Sequence record: LC819005.1 | DNA length: 64,000 bases | Direction: 5' to 3' (one strand) | Part shown: in pieces, positions 36,785 through 47,119 of the stretch | Numbering within the stretch: the first letter of the stretch is position 1 | Layout of the letters: the number at the start of each line of letters is the position of its first letter | Translations under genes and position numbers: made by a program | The notes under the pieces: model-generated | Database searches by the model: none | The model's input: the letters and a program-made list of their open reading frames with translations, nothing else | What the model was told of the DNA's origin: nothing

Positions 36785-36820
36785 CTCCTTCTACTCCTGC
36801 GGGGGTAGAAGGAGTTTATG
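36785..36820 (+). terminator. Intrinsic terminator ending TTTATG, just upstream of the endolysin RBS
   Basis: CTCCTTCTAC/GTAGAAGGAG stem. Confidence 0.8.
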
Positions 36821-36842
36821 TCTTCTAAAAGGAGAAGCGACT

Positions 36843-37685
36843 ATGGCGATGACGAAATCGCAGGTCAAACAACTGCAACGTGCGTTGCGTGAAACGGTGA
36901 TGCCCAATATCTCCGTGGACGGCGCATGGGGCAAGCAGTGCGACGATGGCCTGGCAGCCTATGCTCAGACCACCGGCACAGATACGGCGGGCGCTACGGC
37001 CCTGCTCACGGCTTATGCGGAGCTGCGTTTCGTCAATGACGATGCGTTCGCTACCGCTGCTGCGGCTCTCAGTGTTCCCGAGAGTTATGTACGAGCTATC
37101 GCTCAGGTGGAGACCAACGGCGATGGTTTTCTGAAAGACGGACGCGTCAAGATCCTGTTCGAGCGGCACTGGTTCTACAAGGACCTCACCGCAGCTCTTG
37201 CTACGTCGTCCGATGCGCGCGCCCATGTGGCGGCGAAGCTGGGTATTGCTACGCAGTCCACTGTCTCCCAGCTGATGGCAGAGATGGTCAAACAGCAGAA
37301 TAACATCTGCGACCCGACCCGTGGCGGCTACAAGGGCAATGAACTGGAGTGGGATCGTCTGAACCTGGCGATGGACTACGACGTCGAAGCAGCCGCGCAG
37401 TCGGCTAGTTACGGTGGCTTCCAGTTGATGGGCTTCAACTTCAAGCAGTGCGGTTATCCCAATGCGCGCGCGATGATGATTGATCTCGCGGGTTCGGAGT
37501 CCAAGCAGTTCCTGGCTGTGGTGGCGTTCATTAAGGCCAACCCCAACCTGCTCTCGGCGGTGCGAGCAGCAGACTGGGCGAAGTTCGCCATGGGCTACAA
37601 CGGTTCCTCGTACAAGGAAAACAAGTACGACACCAAGCTGGCTGATGCAGTCACTGCTTTCAACAAGCAAACTGCACTGGCTTAA
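36843..37685 (+). CDS. Modular endolysin: peptidoglycan-binding domain plus N-acetylmuramidase (DUF3380/PF11860-like)
   Basis: VKQLQRAL...VDGAWG binding motif, AQVETNG, ILFERHWF, SYGGFQLMGFN and DWAKFAMGYNG. Confidence 0.9.
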   Translation: MAMTKSQVKQLQRALRETVMPNISVDGAWGKQCDDGLAAYAQTTGTDTAGATALLTAYAELRFVNDDAFATAAAALSVPESYVRAIAQVETNGDGFLKDGRVKILFERHWFYKDLTAALATSSDARAHVAAKLGIATQSTVSQLMAEMVKQQNNICDPTRGGYKGNELEWDRLNLAMDYDVEAAAQSASYGGFQLMGFNFKQCGYPNARAMMIDLAGSESKQFLAVVAFIKANPNLLSAVRAADWAKFAMGYNGSSYKENKYDTKLADAVTAFNKQTALA

Positions 37686-37704
37686 GCAAAAAAAAAAATA
37701 GCGA

Positions 37705-37748
37705 CATAAGCAGAGAGAAACGACCTCACGGTCGTTTCTCTCTTTATG
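37705..37748. terminator. Bidirectional terminator
   Basis: AGAGAGAAACGACC/GGTCGTTTCTCTCT stem with CATAA/TTATG flanks. Confidence 0.85.
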
Positions 37749-37758
37749 CCGTTAAGGC

Positions 37759-38895
37759 TTAGCGGGCAGCTTGCACACCGGCGGCGAACTCGTTCAGTTC
37801 CTTCAACAGACGAGCCGTGTAGGTAGCTGTCAGTTGAATCGGGCTGAACCAGCGCGGATGCTCGGGGTCCTTGTCCGACAGACCCACCATGTACACCGCG
37901 AGGTTGTCCGGTTCGAGGTGCGGCAGTGACCAGACGAGGATCGTGGTCTTCAAACGCACCACCACCGAGGCAGGCAGCGAATCACCGGCGAAGAAACCGC
38001 TCGGCAGGCCAGCCTTGTCTTGCGCCGCCAGTTGCAACGGATTGGCACGCTTGTACCACTTGAAACCATCCGAGCCTACCGTGATCGTACCGCGACCATT
38101 CGGCAGCCACGGACCGGCGGCGAAGATGTCGAGCAGCGGCGATTCCTGGCCGAAGATGATGCTGAGGCTGTTCTGCGCTGGTTCGGTGATTTGCACTTGC
38201 GCGACCGATGCATCGTTCAGAGCCTTGACGGGCGGCAGACCACCCGAGGTCGGTGCGAGGCTCAGGTCGACCGGCGAATGAATCGCCATACCAGCCGACG
38301 TCGACGCCGACGTGTAATCCGCTTCGCTCAGATCGAGCTTTTGCAGATCCTGGCGACGCGCTTCTTGTTCAGCTGCGTGAGCGGCGGCAGCGGCGCGTGC
38401 ACCACTAACCGTCGGCGTGCCGTCGGGCAACGTACCCGGCGCCGTGGGCGGAATCGTGCGACCAGCAGTCGGTTCATCGATTTCACTAGCCGGCGAGTGA
38501 TCCATGCCTTCAACAGGCGGCGGACGACGCGAGGCCAGTGCGGCTTGTGCAGTGTTTTCACGCAGGCGGGCGATGGCTTCGTCCAGCGTAGCGGCCGACG
38601 CGGCAGCCGCATCGACAGCCGGCGTTTCTTTGCCGCCGATCGAGTTCCGATAAGCTTGCAGGTGATTCGAGTAATACGCAGCCATCGATTCCAGATTGTC
38701 CTTGACGTTCTGGATATCGACGAGACCTTGCTTGGTCAGGATCGTCGGGCAAGTGTCACTACCCGGTTGCCACTGCACGGCGTCGCGCAGTACCGTTTCG
38801 AGAATCTTGTTCGCGTTGTCGGCAGCACGCGTGATCGCACCGTGGAGAAACTCCAGACGCTGTTGAACCGATTGATGGATATTCGTGTCGGACAT
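37759..38895 (-). CDS. Hypothetical protein with a Pro/Ala-rich central region
   Basis: 378 aa ORF downstream of the helicase, converging on the endolysin at a bidirectional terminator. Confidence 0.7.
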   Translation of the reverse strand: MSDTNIHQSVQQRLEFLHGAITRAADNANKILETVLRDAVQWQPGSDTCPTILTKQGLVDIQNVKDNLESMAAYYSNHLQAYRNSIGGKETPAVDAAAASAATLDEAIARLRENTAQAALASRRPPPVEGMDHSPASEIDEPTAGRTIPPTAPGTLPDGTPTVSGARAAAAAHAAEQEARRQDLQKLDLSEADYTSASTSAGMAIHSPVDLSLAPTSGGLPPVKALNDASVAQVQITEPAQNSLSIIFGQESPLLDIFAAGPWLPNGRGTITVGSDGFKWYKRANPLQLAAQDKAGLPSGFFAGDSLPASVVVRLKTTILVWSLPHLEPDNLAVYMVGLSDKDPEHPRWFSPIQLTATYTARLLKELNEFAAGVQAAR

Positions 38896-38938
38896 GATGA
38901 TGGAGAAAACGCCTGACGGATGGCTCCGTCAGGCTAGG

Positions 38939-40519
38939 TTAGTGGATCGTTGTATTACCTGCGTGCATCACTTCACCAACCACATACGGCAAGGTGATGA
39001 GATGACACTCTGCTGCTTTCTCAGCCAGCAGTAACTCTTTCTTGATGTGGTACTCCATGTGCTTGGGTATTTCCTCACAGATGAGATACTCAAACTCCAC
39101 ATCCACACCGTCGATCTTGCGCAATCGTCCGAAGCCCTGAATGTTAGCAGCCGACGCACTCACATTGTTCGTCAGCAACACCGTGATCAGGCCCTTGATG
39201 TCGTGCCCCGTACCGGCTGAGCCGATCGTAGACACACAGACTGTGGCGTTCATCAGGTTGTCGTACGGATCGTTTTCCACGTAACGCCGGATATCCAAGT
39301 CCGGATGACGCTTCTTCAGATACTCCACGATAGCCGTACACATCTGGATCGACGCTGCGTAAATCAAACACTTCTGACCTGGCTCGAAGCGCGTCAAGAA
39401 CCGCACCTGGAACCGATGATCAATCAGGTCAAGATAGTGCCTCAGCAACCAACCATAGCGATTCCCGAAGAAGTTCTTCTCGTACGCCATGTGCGAGTAG
39501 TTGGCTGACCCCATCTCGGTTGTTCGTAAGTTCTCCACGCCTTTGATGCGATACCGCACGGCGTAAGACTTCACGTACTTGTCTTCCACGACTACCTTAC
39601 ACCGTTCTTCCGGCGGATAGGCGATCTCTTGCATCTTGCGAATGAACTGGTCATCCGAGATCAGCGTGGCGGACAGAGAGATGGACCACTCGATATGCGT
39701 GTACAGGTCGATCTTGAAGTTGCAGTGGAAATCCTCGTGCACTTCATCGATGATACGCAGACCGGCCTGAATCACCTGACAGAACTGTTCGGGCAAACAG
39801 TCGTAACCCATATCCAGAATCGCATCGCCCTTTTGCTCATACAGGTCGATGTAGTTCTGGAAGGTCCGGTTCGACACGAGGATCGCTTTCGCTTCCAGCG
39901 TGCCTTCCTTAGCGGCCCGAATCACTTCCATCAGCATGGCGGAGCCTTGCACGACGATCACGTCACGCGAGGCTTTCATACCGAGCAACTCTTCCAAGTC
40001 ACTCGGCCACTTCTTCAGATACTTCGGCTTCAGAAACGCAACAATGCGCTTATCCAGCTGCGACGCAAACCACGACGCAACGAAGGTCTTCCCCTTGCCC
40101 GGAGGAATCCCCACAAACTTACGTCGGGAAGGCTCAGGCGAGATGTTGTACTGATTGATCTCGACCTGATAGTCACGAGGCGTTTTCTCCTTGGTGATCT
40201 CGCAGTCAAGCTTGGCGGCATCGACGTACCCGTATTCCTGCACTGTCCAGCCGTGCTCAGGTACACCTGTGTCTGCGAGGTAATGCTGAAAAGCCTTCCA
40301 CTGGCCAATGTGGAGGCGGATGTGGTTCTTGCGGGCCACTTTCGCCGCAAACACCTTGAGCGGGCCACGCTTGAAGAAGCGTCCCACTTTGATCATACCG
40401 AACTGGATATAGTTGCGGACAAACTTCTCCACAATGGCCTGTCCAGACGGCGACATGTTCTTCACCACGACGTGATGCGAGAACTTGTCGATCTCAAAAT
40501 ACTTGCTGACAGCACTCAT
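38939..40519 (-). CDS. Superfamily 2 helicase (phiKZ gp75-like)
   Basis: PRDYQ, Walker A PPGKGKT, Walker B IIDEVH, SLSAT, GTGHDI and motif VI QGFGRLR. Confidence 0.9.
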   Translation of the reverse strand: MSAVSKYFEIDKFSHHVVVKNMSPSGQAIVEKFVRNYIQFGMIKVGRFFKRGPLKVFAAKVARKNHIRLHIGQWKAFQHYLADTGVPEHGWTVQEYGYVDAAKLDCEITKEKTPRDYQVEINQYNISPEPSRRKFVGIPPGKGKTFVASWFASQLDKRIVAFLKPKYLKKWPSDLEELLGMKASRDVIVVQGSAMLMEVIRAAKEGTLEAKAILVSNRTFQNYIDLYEQKGDAILDMGYDCLPEQFCQVIQAGLRIIDEVHEDFHCNFKIDLYTHIEWSISLSATLISDDQFIRKMQEIAYPPEERCKVVVEDKYVKSYAVRYRIKGVENLRTTEMGSANYSHMAYEKNFFGNRYGWLLRHYLDLIDHRFQVRFLTRFEPGQKCLIYAASIQMCTAIVEYLKKRHPDLDIRRYVENDPYDNLMNATVCVSTIGSAGTGHDIKGLITVLLTNNVSASAANIQGFGRLRKIDGVDVEFEYLICEEIPKHMEYHIKKELLLAEKAAECHLITLPYVVGEVMHAGNTTIH

Positions 40520-40585
40520 GTTTTCTCGCCTTCATACAGGACTCTATGGGATATCTCTCCCAGGTAAGAAAATATGGGCTGCTGT

Positions 40586-40729
40586 TTAACCAGGTACATG
40601 GCAGTCATGGCCCCAGCAATCAGGGCATGGACCCGGCACCCGCGTGTCATAACGCGGACAGTAATAACGACGCACGGGTTGTTCTTGCTGCTGTACTGGT
40701 TGCGGCGCAGGCTTTTCAGGTAGCGTCAC
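40586..40729 (-). CDS. Small Cys-rich protein (probable start GTG at 40729)
   Basis: GGAGG RBS, overlap with the phosphatase stop, and YCPRY...PCPDCWGHDC. Confidence 0.4.
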   Translation of the reverse strand: MTLPEKPAPQPVQQQEQPVRRYYCPRYDTRVPGPCPDCWGHDCHVPG

Positions 40730-41351
40730 TTTCTGCTTCCTCCCGATCCATGTGCGCATGCAGGATACAGCTCCACACACGCTGGTTGCCGTGATCGCCG
40801 TCGTCACGGTAAGCGATGAGCTCACCGAAACGATTGTAGTGCTTCACCAGACGACCGGTGCATTCAGCGATTGCCAACGCAGCAGCCTTCGAGCGAGACT
40901 GTCCCATGTTGCAGTGAACTACGATAGTCCGGGCGTCCTTGTGCTTGAGCACAAAGTCGACGATTGCTTCGCCGTCTTCGAGACGACACCAGCGATCCCC
41001 CTGAGCCTCGCTACGAACGCTTACATGGTCATGGAAGCCCCGGTGCAATACTTCGACGTCTTCCGGCTTGCGGAAGAAGTGTGGGGGCTCTGCGTGCGTG
41101 TCGGTGATACTGATGATCGCATCGCCCGAACGGTATTGGAAGCCTGATGCGTCATTACGCGACAGGAAAATCACGCGCTTCGTGTCCGACGTCTCGGGAA
41201 CCGGCTTGAGCTTGTTCGCTTCAGCCCTGGCATTCTCTTGCGGGCTCAGGAAAGCCTTGTGAGGTTCAGGCTTGTCCTCGAAAGGAATCCCCGCTTTCTT
41301 TGCCTGATTGCGCATGGCAAAGCGCTGTTCGTATTTGCTGACTTTCGGCAT
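40716..41351 (-). CDS. Protein-tyrosine/dual-specificity phosphatase-like protein
   Basis: CX5R P-loop IVVHCNMGQSRS, plus AIISITD and FHD elements. Confidence 0.85.
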   Translation of the reverse strand: MPKVSKYEQRFAMRNQAKKAGIPFEDKPEPHKAFLSPQENARAEANKLKPVPETSDTKRVIFLSRNDASGFQYRSGDAIISITDTHAEPPHFFRKPEDVEVLHRGFHDHVSVRSEAQGDRWCRLEDGEAIVDFVLKHKDARTIVVHCNMGQSRSKAAALAIAECTGRLVKHYNRFGELIAYRDDGDHGNQRVWSCILHAHMDREEAESDAT

Positions 41352-41423
41352 GGTCTATTCCAAAAGAAAAAAGAGGCAACACAAAACCCGGAGGTTTCCC
41401 TCCGGGCTTCGCGCAACGTGTCG

Positions 41424-42626
41424 TTACTTCGTTTCGTAGAGCTTGATCACCGGCTTGCCAGCTTCGATCTGGATCGCGAGAACCCAGTCGTGCTTCTTCG
41501 CTTCTTCGATGAGTGCTTTCGCCCGCTTCTTGATGCTGACGCCAGCTTCGGCGCGCACCGTGATCATCGCACCGTCCTTGTCGAACGGAATCAGCTCGAC
41601 GATCGTGCCGCTCGGGCTGCGGTTGATGATCGGCCACAGGTCGAAGCTCTTCGCCAGGTCGAGCAGTTCGTTGATCTTGCCCATCAGCACTTGCTTCTTC
41701 GCCGTCTTGGACAGCTTCGCTTGTGCTGCGTGTTCACGGTACTTGAAGACGATACCGCTGAGCGTCAGGTCGCCATCGACCAGACCACCCGCCGCGCGGA
41801 TTTCCTTGACGACTGCGTCGAACTTGTCGAGGAGTTCCTTGCCCTTCTTCGCGTCTTCCGACACATTCACGAGCGTCTTGACCAGTGTCTTCTTGGCCGG
41901 AGCCTTCGACAGCGAATTGCTGACCGATTCGACGATGTCCGCGGCTTGCTTAGCCGTAGCGTTTTCCGGAATGCCGACATTGATGACGCGACGAGCGGGC
42001 TTCTTCGTAGCGACGGTCTTCTTAGCCGTCACGTCGATCACGCGTTTGGCCGGAGCAGCAGGTACGTCCTTCAACGCGTCAGCTGCTTTCTTGATGGCCT
42101 TCTTCGCTGCCGGAGCGATATCCGACTTCACTGCGCCGACAACCGGAGCCGGAACCTTCTTGGCCGGTGTCGAACGCACAACTGCTGCTGCGTCAGCCGG
42201 CACGGCCGTCTTCGTCGTGCCGACCGCGCGCTTCACACGACCGAGCTTTTGCGGAGCTTGTGTACCCGGAAGCAATCCGAATGAGCCGGAAAGACTTGCG
42301 TTCTGAATCTTCTTGTTCGAGCGCGTGGTTGCCATAGCCGTCGACGGCGTGACAACCTTGGCCATCGGGTCGTTCACCGGCTCGACTTTCTTCGCGAGCG
42401 GATCGGGCACTTCGATCTTCGTTTCCAGCAGGCTCTTAGCCTTTGCGCCCGCCGGATCGTTCACGAGACCCGTCTGCGAGGCCGGCGTGGTGCGCTTGAT
42501 GCGCTTCACAGCGGGCTTCTTCGGTGCAGGAGCCGAGGTCTTGTCAGCGGTCTTGACGGTGGTAGCTTTTGCTGCAACGCGTGCTGCAACTTTGGAACCG
42601 AACTGCGCTTTCTTGATGGTCGTCAT
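41424..42626 (-). CDS. Lys/Ala-rich histone-like protein with a globular C-terminal domain
   Basis: About 290 aa of PAKK/AAKK/TAKK low-complexity sequence, followed by an ordered domain of about 110 aa. Confidence 0.75.
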   Translation of the reverse strand: MTTIKKAQFGSKVAARVAAKATTVKTADKTSAPAPKKPAVKRIKRTTPASQTGLVNDPAGAKAKSLLETKIEVPDPLAKKVEPVNDPMAKVVTPSTAMATTRSNKKIQNASLSGSFGLLPGTQAPQKLGRVKRAVGTTKTAVPADAAAVVRSTPAKKVPAPVVGAVKSDIAPAAKKAIKKAADALKDVPAAPAKRVIDVTAKKTVATKKPARRVINVGIPENATAKQAADIVESVSNSLSKAPAKKTLVKTLVNVSEDAKKGKELLDKFDAVVKEIRAAGGLVDGDLTLSGIVFKYREHAAQAKLSKTAKKQVLMGKINELLDLAKSFDLWPIINRSPSGTIVELIPFDKDGAMITVRAEAGVSIKKRAKALIEEAKKHDWVLAIQIEAGKPVIKLYETK

Positions 42627-42728
42627 GGTTTGTCCTTTAGAGTAAATGACGTGGTGTGATTACTGCAGAGAATGATTGGGTGAAGTAAAAAGCAGCATAA
42701 AGCAGGGACCGAAGTCCCCGCCTTACAC

Positions 42729-44759
42729 TTAGTAGTTGCCGCGACCGCCAGCCAACCGGTCTTCCTGCTCCGCAACTTCACGCGGCATCAGAATCCCGTC
42801 GAACGGATGGTTCGGTCGATTCTTGAGACTGAACGACTCCGGTGCGTAGATCCCTTCGGCGTGATGTTCGTACGCCATGAACGGTGCCAGCGACCGGTAC
42901 GCGATGATGTTCCGCAGAACGCCCAAGCCGCTTTCCGTCCACGGCTTCGGCATCGAGTAGTCGTAACGTTCAGCAGAGCGGATCAATGCCCCACGCAACG
43001 TCACTGACACCACCGCGAGATTCACCCGCGCTTTACGGTTCATCAGCTCCGTCAGCTCCACGAGGGTCGAGGCAGGGTCGATCAGGCGATCGCGCTCCAC
43101 CACTTCCTTCACGGTCGACTCCAGCACCTTTGCGATGTCTCGCGAGTGGTCCGACATGCTGAAATCTCGCATCGGCAACGACGCGAACGGCACATTCCAC
43201 TTCCAGCCTTTCAGCGGGATCACGTAGCAGCCCAGTTCTTCATCCACCGTATAACTCACGGCCTTGATGTGTTCCAGGAATTCGTACGTGAGGAATGGTG
43301 CACGTTTGCCGTCCTTGATGGTGACTTCTTCGCCATCGCCATTGGCTCGCCGGATTGTGACTTCCGAGAGTTCTGACATGCGCGATTCCATCAACACCTG
43401 GACGTTGTCGACGTTGTAGATGTCGGACAGGTTCGGCGCCGCTTCGCAATCGAACAGCAGCGACAACTCGCCGTTCTTGCCATCGGGCTTGAGCGTATCG
43501 GCGAACAGATACCGATTGCCGTCGCTCGACAGCTTGACGAACAACTGCGTACGCGCGTCGAGTGTGGCGCCCTTGATGCTCTTGGACGAATCCAAGTGCT
43601 TCGTGGACAACACGCCCTGTGCGTTCTTTTCCGTCACGTGCGTACAGTTCGCATGGCCGATGTTGCTGTTGGACGGGATCAGTTCGCTCATCAAGCCGTA
43701 ACACGTCGAGCAGATGCCGTTCGGGTCCGGATGCGCACAGTACATCACATTGCGCAGCTTGATGCTTTCGCCGATCAGATACTTGTCGTCCCGATGCACC
43801 GTCTTCAGAATGCCATCGCTGTCGACGTAGTGGTTGCCTTCGAGAATCTCCAGATCGCTCGGTTTGTCCTCGTGCTTGCCTTGCACCCGCCAGTTCAAGA
43901 ACCGGGTCGTGCCGCAGTCCATGTGGTGCAGATTCTCCACCCCCATGTCCATTGTGCGCAGCTTACGCGAGAAGTATTCCGTATCCTGCAGGTCGCCCTT
44001 GGATGCATTCAAGGCCTTGGCTGCCGAGCGCGACTCGATCTGGATGTCCCGTTGCGAGCGGATACCCTGATAATAGCCGCGCATGATCGGAATACCGAAA
44101 CGCTCGTTGTTGATGTCTGTCAAGAAACCACGCGGTCCCACGCACTGATGCACCTGCTTGGCCGAAACCAGACCGGAGCGATACAGCTTCGAGAGTGCGT
44201 TGTTGCGCAACGACGCCTTGTGCATCAGCACCGCATCCACCGTGTAGTAGATATCGGCGATGGACTCTTCGTCCGGCTTCGCACGCTCGTACGCCGCCAC
44301 CACATCCGCATCCTTGAACACGGCGTGGAAGTCGAACAGATTCAGCGACGTGATATACGCGCCAAGGTAGCGCACCATGTCGTTGTAATGCTGGTTCGAG
44401 ATGTTGTACGCCAACTCTGCCAGTTCGAAACGCAAGTCCACCATGCGCTCGATCGTGTGCGTCTTGGACAGATAGTCAGCGCAATCCCAAAGGACGTTTT
44501 GGATCAGCTTGATGTGCGTCTCCATGCCCAACCGCTTACCGCCCAACGCTGTCGAGATATGATGCCGACGCGTAATCGGCAATCCAGGATATGCTGCGTG
44601 AAACTCCCAGAAGTACCGACTGTAGATGACCTCCTTGTGGTTGGTCTCGATTTCCTCACCGTCGTCAAAGACGAGAATGAAGGGTCCTGCCAGCGAACGC
44701 CAGGTATCCTGGACACTGAGTCCGAGAATAGTCCGGGCCGCGATACGTTTTAGTGACAT
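42729..44759 (-). CDS. Non-virion RNA polymerase beta'-like subunit (phiKZ gp74-like)
   Basis: QCVGPRGFLTD, ESRSAAKAL, DCGT, ICSTCYG and QGVLSTKH. Confidence 0.9.
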   Translation of the reverse strand: MSLKRIAARTILGLSVQDTWRSLAGPFILVFDDGEEIETNHKEVIYSRYFWEFHAAYPGLPITRRHHISTALGGKRLGMETHIKLIQNVLWDCADYLSKTHTIERMVDLRFELAELAYNISNQHYNDMVRYLGAYITSLNLFDFHAVFKDADVVAAYERAKPDEESIADIYYTVDAVLMHKASLRNNALSKLYRSGLVSAKQVHQCVGPRGFLTDINNERFGIPIMRGYYQGIRSQRDIQIESRSAAKALNASKGDLQDTEYFSRKLRTMDMGVENLHHMDCGTTRFLNWRVQGKHEDKPSDLEILEGNHYVDSDGILKTVHRDDKYLIGESIKLRNVMYCAHPDPNGICSTCYGLMSELIPSNSNIGHANCTHVTEKNAQGVLSTKHLDSSKSIKGATLDARTQLFVKLSSDGNRYLFADTLKPDGKNGELSLLFDCEAAPNLSDIYNVDNVQVLMESRMSELSEVTIRRANGDGEEVTIKDGKRAPFLTYEFLEHIKAVSYTVDEELGCYVIPLKGWKWNVPFASLPMRDFSMSDHSRDIAKVLESTVKEVVERDRLIDPASTLVELTELMNRKARVNLAVVSVTLRGALIRSAERYDYSMPKPWTESGLGVLRNIIAYRSLAPFMAYEHHAEGIYAPESFSLKNRPNHPFDGILMPREVAEQEDRLAGGRGNY

Positions 44760-44815
44760 ATTGCTTTACCTTTGAGAGAACGAGTCCGGTGGGTTAGGCC
44801 GGACCCAAGGAGTTG

Positions 44816-47119
44816 TCACGTAACGAACGTGATCGCCGACGGCTTCGGCTCCATTTCCTGGTACGGCGCATACGTGAACTTCCATCCGTTACACAGGGCC
44901 AGGTGCTTCACCAGTTCGAGCGGCTTCGCGTTGCCCAATGGAATCTTGCTACGATCCACGAGTACGTCGATGTCAGTCGGCTTGTCGGCCCGCAGGATGT
45001 TGTACACGCCCATGCGGTGTGCTGCGATGTTGTTGTTGCGGTCAATCAGCTCCGCCATCGGACGCCAGCCCATATAGGCTGTGCCAATTGCGGTTTCGGT
45101 TTCACCCCAAGCCCGGATCGCCTGTTGACGCCACGGCGACGCATGCTTGTCCTGGTTGTTGATGTGCGACAGGATACCGAAGTTCTGCAGCTTGCCAGAC
45201 GGTACTGCCGTCCAGTCATCACCCGTTTTCTCCAGCAGAATGAAGTACACCTCGCCGATCAGGATCTTTTCCTTCGTGGTGACGAATCCGCCCGTATGAT
45301 CACGATACGTCACGTGACCAATCTGCGGCATGAAGTGCTTCTGGATTTCGTCGACGACATCCGGCAACTCAGGATCGTTGTTACTCGGATGGAAGATGTA
45401 GATGCCATCTTCGAGGAACGAGGTCATGTGTTCATGAATCAACCCCGCCGCTGCTTCGCTCGCGTAGAACTCGGCCTGTTGCGGACTGACTGTCCGGATG
45501 AAATGCATGAACCGATCCCAGGCGCTCATGGCGGCCGGATCTTTGTTCTTGTATGCGATTTCCACCCGTGTCTTTTCCGCCAGGTTCAGCTTCTGACCAT
45601 GCGTGCCCGGATACGGCACGTTGAACAGATTGCAGAATTCCTTGTTCAGATCGCGACCGGCTGCGTTAAAGCCCTGTTCGTAGAGACGACCCAGGTTCTG
45701 ACGTGACACAGTAGCACCGCCGTCCATCGCGATATGCGCGCGATTGCCGAACTCGTCCACCGGCATGTCTTCCTTGGGCACCACCTTGACCACAACGCCC
45801 TTACCACCCCAGCAGTCGGTGATCTTGTAACCTTCCGTCGGTGTCGCTTCGTACTCGACCACGAACTCGATGGTGAAATCATCCATCGGGGAGGCACGGT
45901 AGATCATCTGCACGCGCTGTTCTTCGTTGGTGGCTTCCTGTTGCAGCACTGCGTACGCATGCTTGACCAGGTTCTTGAAGTTGTGTGTGATCTTGAACGT
46001 GCCTTTCGGGCGATTGTTCTTGAGCTCGTTATACTTCGCGAGCACCGCACGATAATAAACCCGTGCAGCCGCATCATACTTCAGGGCTTGATCGTTACAG
46101 ATGCTCGGCGAGAACGGTGCGCGCGATACGTCATGACTGACACGGATGTCAATCACACGACCCCGGCTTGTTGCAATGCCGGTTTCACGATCGATCTTCG
46201 CCGACGGCACATACGTCAGCTTGTCGAACACGTAGTTCACTTCACGCGAGGCCGTTGCCGACATCTCGACGGCCGAGTAGATGTCGCTGTAACTACGCAA
46301 CGCCATCAACAGACCATCTTCACGCACGTAGTCGCCGATCTCGGGGAACGGCTTGTACACCGTTGCGTCGCCATACAGGTTCAGCGGGAAATGCGTCGAA
46401 CCGTAAGCGACCGTGCGCTTTTCATACTTGTGAATCTTCAGCCACGGCACGGCTTCATCAGAAAGCAAAACACCGTCCTCAGCGACTTCCGGGAAGCTAC
46501 CGAAGATGACGTTCAAGTTAATACCGTAGCAGTAGTTGCCATCAGGACGCTTGGACGGCGAATCCTGCAGCACTGTGTCGCCGCGCCACATCGTGCCACG
46601 CGTCGTCGCACTCGGGACACGGATGTTGCGGGCATGTTCCGTGGGCTTCAACGGAAAGCCGAAATACTGGTGGTTCGAGAAGAAATCCTTCAACGACACG
46701 CAGTCGACTTCGTACACCGTCTTGCCATTGTGATCGAACTCGGACTCGACGATCAACGTCGTTTCCGGATTGTGCCGGATCGCATCCGCCCCAACCACCT
46801 TCGGGTTATAGAACGGAATCATGGCCAGCACTTCGCAATCGTGCTCAACCTTCGTCGAGAACGTTGCTTTGCCGTATTGAATCTCGGCCCCTGATTGAAT
46901 GCGTCGCGGTGTGGACTTATCGAACACCAAACACTGAGACGTGTGGCTTGCGCCAAACATCTGAGCACGAGATGACGAGATGGTGCCGGGGAACGGCGCC
47001 AAACTCATCACGTTCGCCAACTCCGGAAAGAGTTGGTTTGGTTCGTAATGATAGTTCCAGACCGACGAAAGCGCATGTGCCAGTGTGGTGTTACTGGCAC
47101 TAATGTTGTCCTCTGCCAT
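44816..47119 (-). CDS. Non-virion RNA polymerase beta-like subunit (phiKZ gp71-73-like), uninterrupted
   Basis: SSRAQMF, AEDGVLLS, GYKITDCWGGKGVV, SRQNLGRLYEQ and RAWGETE. Confidence 0.9.
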   Translation of the reverse strand: MAEDNISASNTTLAHALSSVWNYHYEPNQLFPELANVMSLAPFPGTISSSRAQMFGASHTSQCLVFDKSTPRRIQSGAEIQYGKATFSTKVEHDCEVLAMIPFYNPKVVGADAIRHNPETTLIVESEFDHNGKTVYEVDCVSLKDFFSNHQYFGFPLKPTEHARNIRVPSATTRGTMWRGDTVLQDSPSKRPDGNYCYGINLNVIFGSFPEVAEDGVLLSDEAVPWLKIHKYEKRTVAYGSTHFPLNLYGDATVYKPFPEIGDYVREDGLLMALRSYSDIYSAVEMSATASREVNYVFDKLTYVPSAKIDRETGIATSRGRVIDIRVSHDVSRAPFSPSICNDQALKYDAAARVYYRAVLAKYNELKNNRPKGTFKITHNFKNLVKHAYAVLQQEATNEEQRVQMIYRASPMDDFTIEFVVEYEATPTEGYKITDCWGGKGVVVKVVPKEDMPVDEFGNRAHIAMDGGATVSRQNLGRLYEQGFNAAGRDLNKEFCNLFNVPYPGTHGQKLNLAEKTRVEIAYKNKDPAAMSAWDRFMHFIRTVSPQQAEFYASEAAAGLIHEHMTSFLEDGIYIFHPSNNDPELPDVVDEIQKHFMPQIGHVTYRDHTGGFVTTKEKILIGEVYFILLEKTGDDWTAVPSGKLQNFGILSHINNQDKHASPWRQQAIRAWGETETAIGTAYMGWRPMAELIDRNNNIAAHRMGVYNILRADKPTDIDVLVDRSKIPLGNAKPLELVKHLALCNGWKFTYAPYQEMEPKPSAITFVT

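Noticed and set aside
37688-37698. A11 homopolymer as a phase-variation site
   Set aside because: It is intergenic and next to a bidirectional terminator, most simply explained as its U-tract.
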